Of a DNA stretch of 64,000 nucleotides, positions 52,795 to 64,000 are shown one piece after another; positions within the stretch are counted from its first letter, which is position 1; the number at the start of each line of letters is the position of its first letter. The stretch is from Bigelowiella natans CCMP2755 (Eukaryota; Protista; Cercozoa): the NCBI GenBank assembly GCA_000320545.1, contig ADNK01002609.1:1645-65644 (forward strand), read 5' to 3'. The notes beneath the pieces are model-generated. The model did not search any database. It was not told where the DNA came from and saw only the letters and a list, made by a program, of their open reading frames with translations. A program made the translations under genes and the position numbers.

Positions 52795-54152
52795 GGGGAG
52801 AAGAGGGGATAAGTGCACAAGAAATTCACCTCTTGATCTTGATGTCGGTTAATTTTCGCGACGTCTTTCATTAAATCAATCATTACCAATGAGAACGACA
52901 CTGGAACCGTACTTCTTAGGCCAGTCAAACAATTGATAGAGAACCGTCTGACGACGAGGAACGATAAATGATGAGAGAAGAATATAACGAATTTCAATGT
53001 CCCTTCCACAAAATTCAGTGTGCAGTGTCGAGTAATTATGCATCACACAGGCGAATGTATTCACATCAGGTTGAGGATAATTGCATATGGTCTCACCTGC
53101 GATCGTGTCAGTAGCGCATCGATCTCATCTATCACACAGACTCTGCGAACATTGATAAAATAAGTATTCGTTATGTTTAGCCGCAAGAGGATGAAGAATT
53201 CTGAATTAAGATGTACGTGAAGCGCTTATGGTTTTCGAGGAATTCGGTACGCAGCTCCCTGGCAGCTTCTATCGCATTTGAGCATCGTATCGAAGGTTGG
53301 ATTTCCCTCAAAATTTCGCTGTAGATTTCTTGAGGTCTGGCGAGTGTCATTGCATTTATCTCCACAAGATTCACATTGAGGGATGAGTTGGCGGCAAGCA
53401 CTTCACGACATACTTTGCCTACACAAAGCGATTTCCCTGTTCCAGGGCTGCCGCAGATGTATAAGCTATCCCCATGCTTGTTCTCGAGAGAAGCGGCTGA
53501 GATTTATGTGCATATTTACACAACGGGAAGTTGTCTATCTACATATTCTGGTGCAGAATCTATGCTACTGTTACTTCAGCATGACATCTTTCCCCCCTTA
53601 AATTCACTAGTTATTTCAATCGTGAGTTTTTGTTTCAGTCATTTATGTGTCAGTATAAATACATAGATAATTAGATAATTGCAAATACAGAAGAATGACA
53701 CAATACAATCTGCTCCTTGTTACTAAGGCTGGCAATAAGGGGCACCTAAGAAGTTGCGAATCTGAGACTGTTCACTATTCCTACAGCAAACAGATTCTGG
53801 AGGTGTGCTTGTCCGAAGGACTTCCCTGAGCTTGGACACCACATCTCGGAGCTTTCCCTCTTCATTCTCTTTGTTGTTCTCCTGGTCACTTGCAACTAGA
53901 TTTTGTGGTTTGAGCTCCACCTTTCTGTCCGAAGGGTAGTGCACCTTCTTCACTTTCTTCGAGAGAGTGGTGGGGGCAGTTTTCGTTGCCTTCGCGCAAG
54001 TTGAGGTATCTCGTCGGCCTAAGAAAACCAGCGTCATCATCTCATGTAACACATCCAAATGTAGATCGATACAAATCCTCCATACGTTTCTCTTTTCTCC
54101 AAACGTTCATTCTGGTCTGCCTAGGGCGCCCAGCAGTCCGTCTCGTTGGCAT
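51730..54152 (-). CDS. CDC6: Cell division control protein 6 (Cdc6/Orc1-family AAA+ replication licensing ATPase), multi-exon
   Basis: Start MPTRRTAGRPRQTRMNVWRKEK|gt at 54152. CRNSEQSQIRNFL, Walker A LYICGSPGTGKS, VEINAMTL, Walker B CVIDEIDAL, LYQLFDWP, LIGISNNIDLTDRFLPRL, LVFRPYT, ALQFCARKV, SGDVRKCMDIC, C-terminal winged helix. Confidence 0.9.
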
Positions 54153-54628
54153 GGAGGCGAATATGTCGACTGATTCGCTTTCTGTAGATCTAGTCCTTCA
54201 GTCGCGTTTCGCGCGTGTTTGGGTTTTGCGCGCCAAACAATATCGGCGATGGTGCTCGATCCTACGACAATCAACATATCCTTGTCGCAGTACGATTTCG
54301 TCTTGAATATGCATGTACCTTGTAATCCTTCCAGATTCCCGGCAAACGCGGTGAGATATCACATGAAATTGCCGCCGACTTGCACTGCATTATCCTCCCA
54401 CTTTCAGCTAAAATATGCACTAAAACCTGCATGCGCGCTAATAAGTTGAAAGGAATGCCATGGTATTTTCCGCTGCGACATGTCTTCTTTAGCTTTTTTT
54501 TTTATCTTTTCTCATTGCGATGTTTGATGGGATTGACCACCAGCAGCTCTCCTTGCCAAAGGTGGTGTTTGAGCACGCTGGAGCACGAAGCAGCAAAGGC
54601 TAACCATCATCACAATGGCTGCCGACCA
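54153..54628. promoter_or_regulatory. Short divergent intergenic region between CDC6 and the Dicer-like gene (probable bidirectional promoter)
   Basis: ~480 bp between the inferred head-to-head start codons; positional inference only. Confidence 0.35.
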
Positions 54629-57201
54629 ATGAAGATTTGCCAGATTGAGTTGAACGAATTTTGCTCCACGTTGAACACGGTAGGACAGAGAAATGTGAGA
54701 GAGAGTAAGTGCAATCAGCCCGGAGATTTGCTCATCAAGCGAGTACGCGGATTCTTTGCGGCGAACCCCAAATTCGATGCTCTAGCTCTTAAGGTTGAGA
54801 GTGTTATTTCGAAATTCCATAAATGTTTACGATTTCAATAATTAATTGTTTTTATGGCAAGAGGAGAGAAGCACGTTATAGCTGCATGTCAATAAGCATG
54901 GCGATCAGAAAGAAGCATTTTTAGATGCATGACGATACTCAGAACAACCTCATTCTTTCGTTGACATGATTTGCTCTTCAGTTTCCTAGCCCCAAGATTT
55001 TTAAAGCCAAAACTAGTGTCACACTCGGCGAGCTTCGCACGAAAACTTCGCAACTTTTCGAGAAGAAGGGAAATATCCGTGTTATCCTGCGAGAGGCGTC
55101 ACGCGAGGTTGTGTTCCTAACTGAGCCAGCCAATGGCAACCAATTATCATCGGGCGAATGTAAAGAGACAGCGACATCTTCAACAATGGATCTATTTCTA
55201 CGCCCTACTCCGAGGTACTCTTTGGACCCAGGCCTTTTGGTGCTCAACGACACGGTAATCTCCGTCAAAACTTCGGAGATTTTGGATCATCAGGGTAGCA
55301 TGAGCAAGCTCTCGATGTTCTGCCAGAAGAAGAGATTAGCGCCCCCTCATTACAGTGTGCGGCAGTTTCTGAAGCCAAATTGGCTAAGCCCTGAGGCTGT
55401 GGCTACCTTCGTGGCAGAGGTGGAGATTAATGATCCTCGTCCCAAGATGAAACCAACAACCCTTCGTCGCTTCGAGGGCTACAATTCTGTCAGCAAGAAG
55501 GCAGCCAAGGCCTCCGCTGCGCTCCAGGCCTGCATTTGGTTGTTTGAGATAAAGTTTCTAGATCCGAACTTGGACGTCGTGATGGATACTGGGAACCTTC
55601 TCCCGGCTATGGAGATTTCGTACCAACGCTCGCACAAAATTAGCAATCTGTACAGATTCATAGCGCAATTTGCCACGCCTAATCCTGCAGGCAAACAACA
55701 GCCTCTTGTGGCCATCTCACACAACGACATTTCTGGAAGAGTGCAGCCGCTTGCTATACCAAACGAGCGCCTCGATGATTTCTACAGACTCATTGCTGAC
55801 TCGTGGCACGAACCACTGTTCTTCAGCGAGGAGGCCGCGCACAGCACATACATTCTATTCTTCGACATTGACCTTAAACTCAAGAAGAAACCTCCCCCTT
55901 CTCCCAGCTCTCCACCCGGTCCCAAATGGAAGGGGGGGCACACAACACGGGTGATGATGGCGGTGATTAACGCGGTAAGCTCCGTGTACCACCCTCGTCT
56001 GGCAGCTCTTCGAGCACTCGAGTATATTTTCCACCGTAGAATCTCCCAACTCCGCAGCGGGGCGTTGGACCTCTCGTCGGCCGCCAGCTCGTGTGCTAGC
56101 CTGGTGCTCTCTTACGCCGATAACTTGGAGGATGAGAGCAAGGACAGTGTAGCCAACCTGATGCTAGTGGTCTCGGAGTCGAAGATCGATTGGCTTCGAT
56201 CTTACGGTAAAAAGGGCCTTCACATGCACTTCCCGCGCCTCTTCGTCGATAGCCGCACACACGAAATACTCTACCGCCTGATCCTCATTGAGCTCAAAGC
56301 ATGCTGCCCCGCTCCTGGTCTCTACGTTCATTGCGATTACACAGCGGCGCCGTATAACAAGCGTGCTACCACGGCTGGGTCATGGCCGACCGGAAAGATG
56401 CAACCCCCTTCCCCGCCATCTCCGGGTTTTGAATTCTACAGCCTACAGGAGGGATGGGGAGGGGACCACGACCGACTTGCTGGAGAGAGGGGAGAGCAAG
56501 AGGGCGCGCTGGACGCCGCGTGTGTGCTGGACCCACGCATTCGGATGATAGGGATGCGGAAGGCAGAGAAGTGTCGTTGTCCCGAGCGACTTCGCGCAGA
56601 GCGTCAATGCCGGAAGAGAAATCATAAGATCGACGTGGGTCGCCGCTATACCGTCACGGCGATATATGTGGCAATGACGACGATGGAGCTGATAGAGGAG
56701 GAAGAGAAAAGATGGATGAGGAAGAGGGGGGGCAGGGGCAGGAGCAGCGGGAAGGCTGACAGTGTCAAGAAGAGACGGAAGAAGATCGCTGCTAGGGTCG
56801 CTCTCGCTATTCCTTCGTTCCGGTATGGATGGAGGCTGTGGCGCAAAGATGCTCAGGAGATGCAACGGTGCGTCACTGTTTATGTATGACTCTGCTCTCC
56901 AAATGCACTTACTTCTTGCCCTCCGCTCCCACCACCACCACCACCACCACCACATTCAATACTTCTTATATCAAGCAACACGAGATTCCTTCGCTACGCC
57001 ATCAGGTTCTCCATTGTAGACCAGCAGGAGAACACAGTGTCTTTCGAGCAGGCCCGTCACATACGAGAGACACGTGTAGAGCTACTCCACCTTCTCTCGC
57101 TCCGGAAATCCGCCCCCAGTAAGTAAGTAAGTAAGTAAGGACGGAAGGAAGGCGACAAAATGAATGAAGGAGGAGAAGGGGTTTGGAAATACAGATGGCA
57201 A

Positions 57202-57235
<34 letters not shown>

Positions 57236-57463
57236 CTGTATTATGTGGCCAATGCTATCACGTCTCTCTGTTTCGCAACATTAGGAACCCAAGCTTGGAT
57301 TCCAGAGTTCCACGAAGATGACGAAAACAATGACGGTGGTGGTAGCAGTACCTGTGACGACATCGACGACGATTACACAAACACCAGCAGGGAAAAGAGC
57401 AACGTGAAAGTAAGGGGAGCTGCTCATTCTACCGTTGCGGGCGTTGAGGATTATGGAGTTAGA

Positions 57464-57498
<35 letters not shown>

Positions 57499-58524
57499 CG
57501 ATTACAAAGGTGATGATGCCGATTTGCAAAGGAAAATAGTGGAGGAACATAGGGCTCATTGTGACAATGATAACATTGAGGAAGAAGGGAGGGAGGGGAA
57601 GGGGGGCGAGAAGAGGCGAAATGATGATAGGGCGATAGCGCATAGTAGTCACGCTATTGAGGAGGCACTCGCAGCTCTAGACGGAATCGAGAAATGCACG
57701 GATTTGATGTCGGCCCCCATGATCATGACGAATGAGGAACAGAACAATAGCGGGATTGCTTCTGGGAGTACGACTGAGCGCAAATCTATCAAGATGCGCG
57801 GCAAACAGACTGAAAAAGTATCATCAGCTAAGGTGAGGCCATTACAACGCGAATCATCATCAACGTTAGGAGATTTCCTTGAATCCCTCAAAAGACGCTG
57901 GAACGCAAAGGATGTTGTGAAGGGGAGGAGCAAGGAAGAGGAGGAGAATCAGGAGGAGGGAGGTGATGATGACATTGATAGGGAAGATGGATATCAGACT
58001 ATTGCTGGCAACATCGACGAGAAGAAGGCGAATGTGCTGAACGAGGGAAAGTGCGTACTACGGAAGCTTTCAGAGCGCGAATATGTGCTCTTAGTTCTGC
58101 GGGGAAAGACAACGGGATGTAGTAGGGGCGATGATGTTGTTAAGGCAAAAAATGGATTTAATGGCAGTGATGAAAAGCATCAAGATATGATCGGCAATAA
58201 TGGTAGTTTAGTGGATGATGTTGAGTGAACGACATTTCTCACCCTCACTCTCTCTCTATCTCTTTCTCTTACTTATCATTCACTTCGCTCAGTATTTGTT
58301 ATACACATGCAAACGTTGAAATCACCAGTAGATTGGTTCTTTCCGCGTGCTGTAGCGTTTATTATCATTGTCATCACCATCATCACCCTTTGAAGGCGGC
58401 AAAATGGGAGAGGCGGAGAAGGGGCACTACTCCGACAAGATCGATGGGAGGCTATATCTGGCTACTCTAACGATGAATCAAGCGGCTAAAAGAATCAATG
58501 AATGGATGACCTCCGTATTATTAC

Positions 58525-58561
<37 letters not shown>

Positions 58562-59093
58562 GTATACATGTATACATTATTCTATGTGCACGTGTCCCCG
58601 AAGGAGGGCCTCGTGCTTTTCTCACCCCCCCTCCCCTTCCCTCTGCATACTGCTATCATTACTACAGGTGGAGAGCTTCAAGTATGTTGAATTCGAGAAG
58701 GCTGGAGCGCTGCAAAATACTTCTCCCCTGATTTCTGACATTGCAGCAGAGACCAAGTTCAGATATAAGGTGCTATTATGTGCAATCTGCACTCCGCTCA
58801 ACCCCCCTCACCACCTCTCCTTTCCCTTCACCCTCATTTTCCTTTTTTCGCTTCGTTCATTTCCAGCAGTAATCAACAATGCATTCATCATCGAATCATC
58901 GTTGTCGTGAAAACGACAAATTAACTGTTTTTGGATAGGCGCGTGTGCCGTGGGTGGAAGCTGGTATTGAGGACATTCTCACAGGCCTTCCGATGCCGAA
59001 TGACAGGGTATTTGTTAGTTATCCAGTAATACGTTCATGTTTACTAAAAATAATGAATATCAAAAGTATGTGTACATATGTAGATATGAATAT

Positions 59094-59171
<78 letters not shown>

Positions 59172-62100
59172 TTTTGTGTGTTGATGTGGTGTTGCTTACT
59201 CGATGTAGCTTGCTCGGAGGGTTTGCTTTATGCAGGTCATACAGCATCTCCACAGACAGGTTACTACAAAAGAAGGAAGGAAAGGAGGGAAAGGAGGAAT
59301 TAGAGGAGGAGGAAGAGAGGCATAGAAACAGAGAGACACAGGGAAAGAAACATTTTAACCCAGTAGCACAGTTTTCTTCTTTATCTCCCTCTTCTTCTTC
59401 TTCCTTTCCTGTCGCTATTTTCGTCGATCATAGGGCCGAATTGATGATGAGCTTTTCCCTATTGGATGGAAGGAGAGGCAGCTACAGCAGCAGCAGCAGC
59501 AAGAGGAAACAGAGAGCAAAGAAGACGATGCTGATGATTACAGTGAAACCTTTGCATCCCCATGCCGCAACAGTAACACGGCAAACGAGAAAAAGAAGAA
59601 GAAGAATTACAACAAAAGAAGCTCTAAGACCACCGCAAGCACCCTTGCATCGCATCTCAAAACAACATCTGTGCGTCGGCACCTTCCGTCAGCGTTTATT
59701 CCTGAGAAGGGGAGGGGGTGCGAGGACGAGGGAGAGAAGAAGGAGAACGAATGGGAAGAGGGGAAGAAGAAGTTGGGAGAATCGAAAGAAGCGATAAAGA
59801 CGAAACCACAACAGCTGCAGCTGCTCTCCGAAAAGGCCTTCGTCGCGTATAGAATTGATCTTGGGGAGAAGATGTTTGGATGGTGCGTTATCTTGCCCAG
59901 GCATGCAGAGAACATCCTTGGCCGTCAGATGTGTGTTCCACTGCCTCATCGAGACCATGACTTAAAGAATGTGACAACGACAACGACGACCACGACGACG
60001 CCACAGCAGCAGCGCCCGCAGCAAAACAATGAAAACTGCATTAATAGCAGTATGCCAGAGTGCGTATGGCTTCGGAGGCTTGGGGGGGATAGCAGCCAGA
60101 AGCATTTGTTTCCTCCATCATCGTCGTTGTCGCTGCCGTCGTCTATGTTCTCCTCGGGAGAAAACGGAGGAGGGGGGGGAGAAGGGGGAGGAAGAGGAGT
60201 AAGTCTGATGAAACTTGCGCGTCATTTCCACCAGATGATCTTTACCATGTTACTAGCAAAGGAGGGGCGCATTACGGCCCTCCACCAACTCCTCGTTCAA
60301 ATCTCACAAGACAATCAACGAACCGGAAGCAGCAGTCCCAGAGGACTCTATCTTATTGCCCCTCTCCACAGAGTGAGGAGAACAACAACAGGCAGTTGCG
60401 ACAATAGCAGTAGCAACGGTAAGTGGGAAGTAGACTGGGAGACAATGCAGCATTTGGTTTGCCTTGTCAGGAATCCAGAGCAGTATCGTTACGCTAGCAG
60501 TAGTGGTAGTCGTACCAGCAGTGTTAATGCAGCGCGGGGCGACGGTAGCAGCAACAAAATGGCAAAGCACAACCGTTCCTGTCTTCATCTGCCTAAACGA
60601 TGGCTTCTCAATCAAGGAGAAGAAGAAGAAGAAGAACACGGAAAAGAAGAAGAGAATCCGTTAATAAGAGGAGGAGGAGATGGTAAGCACCGCGATAAAG
60701 CCAGAGGAAATGGTAGAGGGGGGAAGAGAGAAAAACGACAAAGGGGGGCGGGGAGAATCCTGATCCGAGAGATGTGCGTTATCAGCCTCTATAACCTGCT
60801 AGTCTACAAGCCGCTCGGAGCAGAATCCGACGTGACGATGGACGACCTCTTCCCCGATGGTAGTGGGAGGACATACAAGCGACACTTCCAGCTGCAGATG
60901 GGGAGGGTTCTCAAGGCAAAAGACCAGCTCCTCCTCAGGGTGCAGAACGACTTCTGGCGCATCAGCAACTCGATTCATACTGCTGCTGGCCAAAACACCA
61001 CCACCAAGACAAGAGGAGTAGGGTTCCCTATGACAGCTGCGGCTAACGCTGCTGCTGCTACTACCACTACCAGTAGCAATGATGACAACTCCTATGCCCT
61101 GATTCCTCAAGAGCTCACTTGGTGGTTCGGAGTAAACCTATCCTCGTTGGCGCGTCTTCCCTACTTTCTTTCCGAATGGCAAGCGTGCCTCTCCCTCCAC
61201 GACCTCGCGAAAAGCATTGCCTACCCCCTACCATGTTTCTCCCCGTCCCCCGCTGCTGCTGCTGCCACGGTTCCAGCGGTCATGTTCGGGGAGGGAAAGC
61301 GACGGTTCAGGCTGTTGCGTGCTTCCTTAACCAGCCCAAACGCACAACCGGGATTTGCACGGAACTGGGAGCAGCTCGAGTTCCTCGGTGATGCGGTGCT
61401 GGAGATGCTGATCGTCGAAAGCCTTTTCTACCTCTACCCTGATGACGAGGTCCGCCTCACACGTGACTCGCAGGCCGTTCTCCGCAATGCGAACCTCCGC
61501 GATTTGTACGTGAATGCTCGTCTCCCGCAGTACGCACACATCGATCCGTACGTGCAGGACCATTGGTATCCTCTCTGTGGCTTTTCGCGTCCCGTCGCTC
61601 ACTTTACTCACAACTCTGCCGCCGCGGGTGATAACAGGTTCAAACGACTACGTGCTGTTAGCGGGGGGGGCAGCAGGAGCAAAGTCAAAGGAGCCGAAAA
61701 TGCCGGTAGTAGCGGCCTGGGCAACGACCTGAACAAGATTACGCTGCAGCTTAAGCAGATGAGCGACTCCGCGGAGGCATTGGTTGGTGCTTTCTATGCA
61801 CTCGCATGCGACGTAAATCCGCGCGAGGGGCTAGAGAGCGCACGGCCCTTCGTGACCGACGTGCTCGGTGTGCGACTTCCTTCAAAGCGCGAGAGAGATG
61901 CTCGCTTTGAGCAATACATGCAGCGGATTCGCAGCCTGCGACTGGGAGGACATGGAGGGCAGATGGCCATGTTGGCGAGAGCAGAAGCATCTGTCTCCCG
62001 CTTTTACAAAGTCACAGGCTATCGCTTTCTCAACTCAAACCTCCTTATATCGGCTCTCACATCCAAGGCCGTCGATGCGCGTAACAACTATGAGGCGTTG

Positions 62101-62536
62101 GAGAAGCTGGGCGACGCGATCATCAAGACGATGGTGTCCACCCGGTTGTACGAGCGTGCGGATACATTCTGCATGACGCCGCACCACCTGCACAAGCTCA
62201 GGCTTCAGTTTGTGCACAACAACTTGTTCGGGTGAGAGCACATATGAACCGAATGCACACTAGTAAAGTGTCATATTATATGCTAAAAAAGGAGCGATGC
62301 TATTACTTATTTGCGTGCATCATATGTCTGCAGGTACGTCTTCTACTCGTCAGGGTTGTTCAATAATGCACGCCTCCCGCCGGACGGGCACGTGTATGAA
62401 AACTGCGCGAGGGAGCTCAAGAAATTCGAACAAGGAATGAGAGGAATCGAAGGTATGAGCAGCAGCAGCCACGATGTTCTTCACATTTGGGGCAAAGATA
62501 GCAGCAGTATCAATAGCAGCGCATCGCATCTCCTGC

Positions 62537-62567
<31 letters not shown>

Positions 62568-62772
62568 CGTGGCAAATAGAATTCCGTACGTGCACCAGCC
62601 TGATTTTCCAAAGGTTGTGGCGGATATGTTTGAGGCGTTCATCGGCGCTGTGTATCTCGACTCCGGACGCAATCTAAACGAGACATGGCGCGTGTTTGAA
62701 CGCTTCGTTCAATGGCGAGAAAACGTCCGCCACAAAATTGAAGTGTACTCAGCATTGTGGCAATCCAAGTGA
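54629..62772 (+). CDS. Dicer-like RNase III protein fused to an AEP primase-polymerase domain: DUF283 - AEP - acidic linker - DUF283 - platform - PAZ - RNase IIIa - RNase IIIb (~2200 aa)
   Basis: In-frame GT-AG model: 54629-54679, 54719-54793, 54982-56867, 57006-57118, 57285-58202, 58396-58514, 58668-58769, 58939-59007, 59209-59259, 59434-62231, 62334-62772. RNase III signatures NWEQLEFLGDAVL..MSDSAEALVGA and NYEALEKLGDAII..VADMFEAFIGAVYLDSG. PAZ-like FPDGSGRTYKRHF..DQLLLRV..LIPQEL. AEP motifs LFFDID, KGLHMHFP, ALD..RIRMIG. Confidence 0.85.
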
Positions 62773-63628
62773 TCGAATGTTTAGTGGAGATTGTAATTGC
62801 AAGAATGCACTCTAGCATTGGTGACAAAAGCAGGCCAGGATGACTAAGAATTAAAAGCGCCAGACTGCAAATGCGAGCTGAGCGACGCAGAAAGACTAGT
62901 ACATATGCATATTCATGCAAATTTGAATATTTCATTACATCCGTCTCATAATTTCATAATTGATATGCTATGTAGCTACATGCCATTTTGTGTACCATGC
63001 TAGCATTAGTCATGTGAGCTTATACGCATGCATGCGTGCACATTCATGACAGTGCAGCTAATTTCACACATCAAAACGTAGAATGTTGAGCTGCGTAAGC
63101 GTAACAATGGCTACTGCCTCACACATTGCAGTGTGGATGAAGTGTATGTGCCAACTAGTACAGTGCACATGCAGGCGCTATCTAGCTATGTGAATGCTGA
63201 TGCATACGCTACGCTCTAGCGCTGGCCAACAAAAGCTTTGCACATTCCTAAAGCTTTGTGCGACACACCGTGCAACAATGAAAAATATCATGCAATGTGC
63301 ATGTGTATCCGATCAGATCAAGTAATGACGAATAATAAGAAAATATGATGTTATTGTAATCTAAATTGTAACCGCTAAGTAACATGAGCTAGCACAGTTA
63401 GACATCATGCGGTTTCGATTTTTCAAACATTTCATCACACGATGTATGCCGCAACCCGTAGACGCGATGCATACTCTTGTTGCGCCGTCAATTCATGGCC
63501 GTTTTAATTAATGAGGCACACAAGTCCACATGATTGCAGCTCCGCAGGATATGCGTAAGAGGATCAGTGTGTAGAAAATGCTTGTTTGTCGGAATTTGAC
63601 GTGTGAGTATGGAAGGCGTAGCCAGACC

Positions 63629-64000
63629 TCATTCAACGGGCAATTCGGACGCTCTTGGCGTGCTACCGATCGGCACATTGTCCATGGGAGTATCTTCTGC
63701 GCCGAGCTGCGTGCAGATGACAATGGTGAGTGAGGAATTCAAAAAGATTAGGTTAACCGTGCTAATGAGTCGACCCATACAACACACACACACACACATG
63801 AAAGCGTTCCCTCTCTCTTTGTTCGCTTGACTTCTAACTCGTTATGCATGAAAGAGAGGCAAGGGGGGAGGGGGGGGGGGGGGGAGCACCATAGTGTTGT
63901 GATACCACACACCTTATCGACGGCATCCTTACTCTGTCGCTGCCCTTCCGATTCCTCACCTTTCTCTTTGGACTCCTGAAGATCGGTTCAATGGGCAGGG
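63629..64000 (-). CDS. Probable 3' end of a minus-strand gene extending beyond the window
   Basis: Exon-like QESKEKGEESEGQRQSKDAVDK|gt (~63913-64000) and terminal LGAEDTPMDNVPIGSTPRASELPVE-TGA, convergent with the Dicer gene. Confidence 0.3.

Larger units (their letters stand above)
4650..59170. repeat. Dispersed intronic microsatellites: (TA)n, (CT)n, (GT)n, (GAT)n, (TAG)n, (GATT)n, poly-C/G
   Basis: Dozens of tracts, almost all inside introns of the multi-exon genes. They explain most low-complexity ORFs in the six-frame track. Confidence 0.9.

Noticed and set aside
55111-56889. Stand-alone viral primase gene or endogenous virus insertion
   Set aside because: No other viral genes or terminal repeats nearby. 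The ORF begins with a DUF283-like domain and splices in frame to the Dicer exons, so it is treated as a fusion.
5290-59170. Many (TA)n and other tracts have similar lengths of ~30-40 nt
   Set aside because: Could be an assembly or consensus artefact; cannot be evaluated without reads.
1-64000. CRISPR arrays, tRNA/rRNA genes, prokaryotic operons
   Set aside because: No repeat-spacer periodicity or recognisable structural RNA seen; the window is spliceosomal-intron-rich eukaryotic DNA.

Overview
Gene-dense eukaryotic (protist) nuclear DNA with many short GT-AG introns full of microsatellites. An axonemal dynein p28 gene implies a flagellated stage; the lineage cannot be fixed from sequence alone. 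Manually spliced genes, left to right: FLZ zinc-finger protein (-), 5xC2 + LRR protein (+), processive GT2 glycosyltransferase (+), VPS45 (-), Sec6/EXOC3-like protein (-), EEP/DNase I-like protein (+), Tudor-like protein (-), p28/DNALI1 (+), CDC6 (-) and a Dicer-like gene (+). Two observations stand out. (1) The Dicer-like gene (54629-62772) splices in frame into one ~2200-aa protein with no helicase. It carries a giant-virus-type archaeo-eukaryotic primase-polymerase (AEP) domain with intact-looking catalytic motifs between two Dicer-dimerisation (DUF283) domains, followed by platform, PAZ and RNase IIIa/IIIb. (2) A ~3.9-kb island (15270-19140) is almost devoid of TpA, apparently through TA->CA/TG conversion. 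It is centred on a 1267-bp hAT-type element with TIRs and a perfect 8-bp TSD and spreads >1 kb into host DNA on both sides, suggesting a repeat-targeted A->G/T->C hypermutation process, the reverse of fungal RIP. All domain calls are by-eye motif recognition and all gene models are manual; no searches were run.
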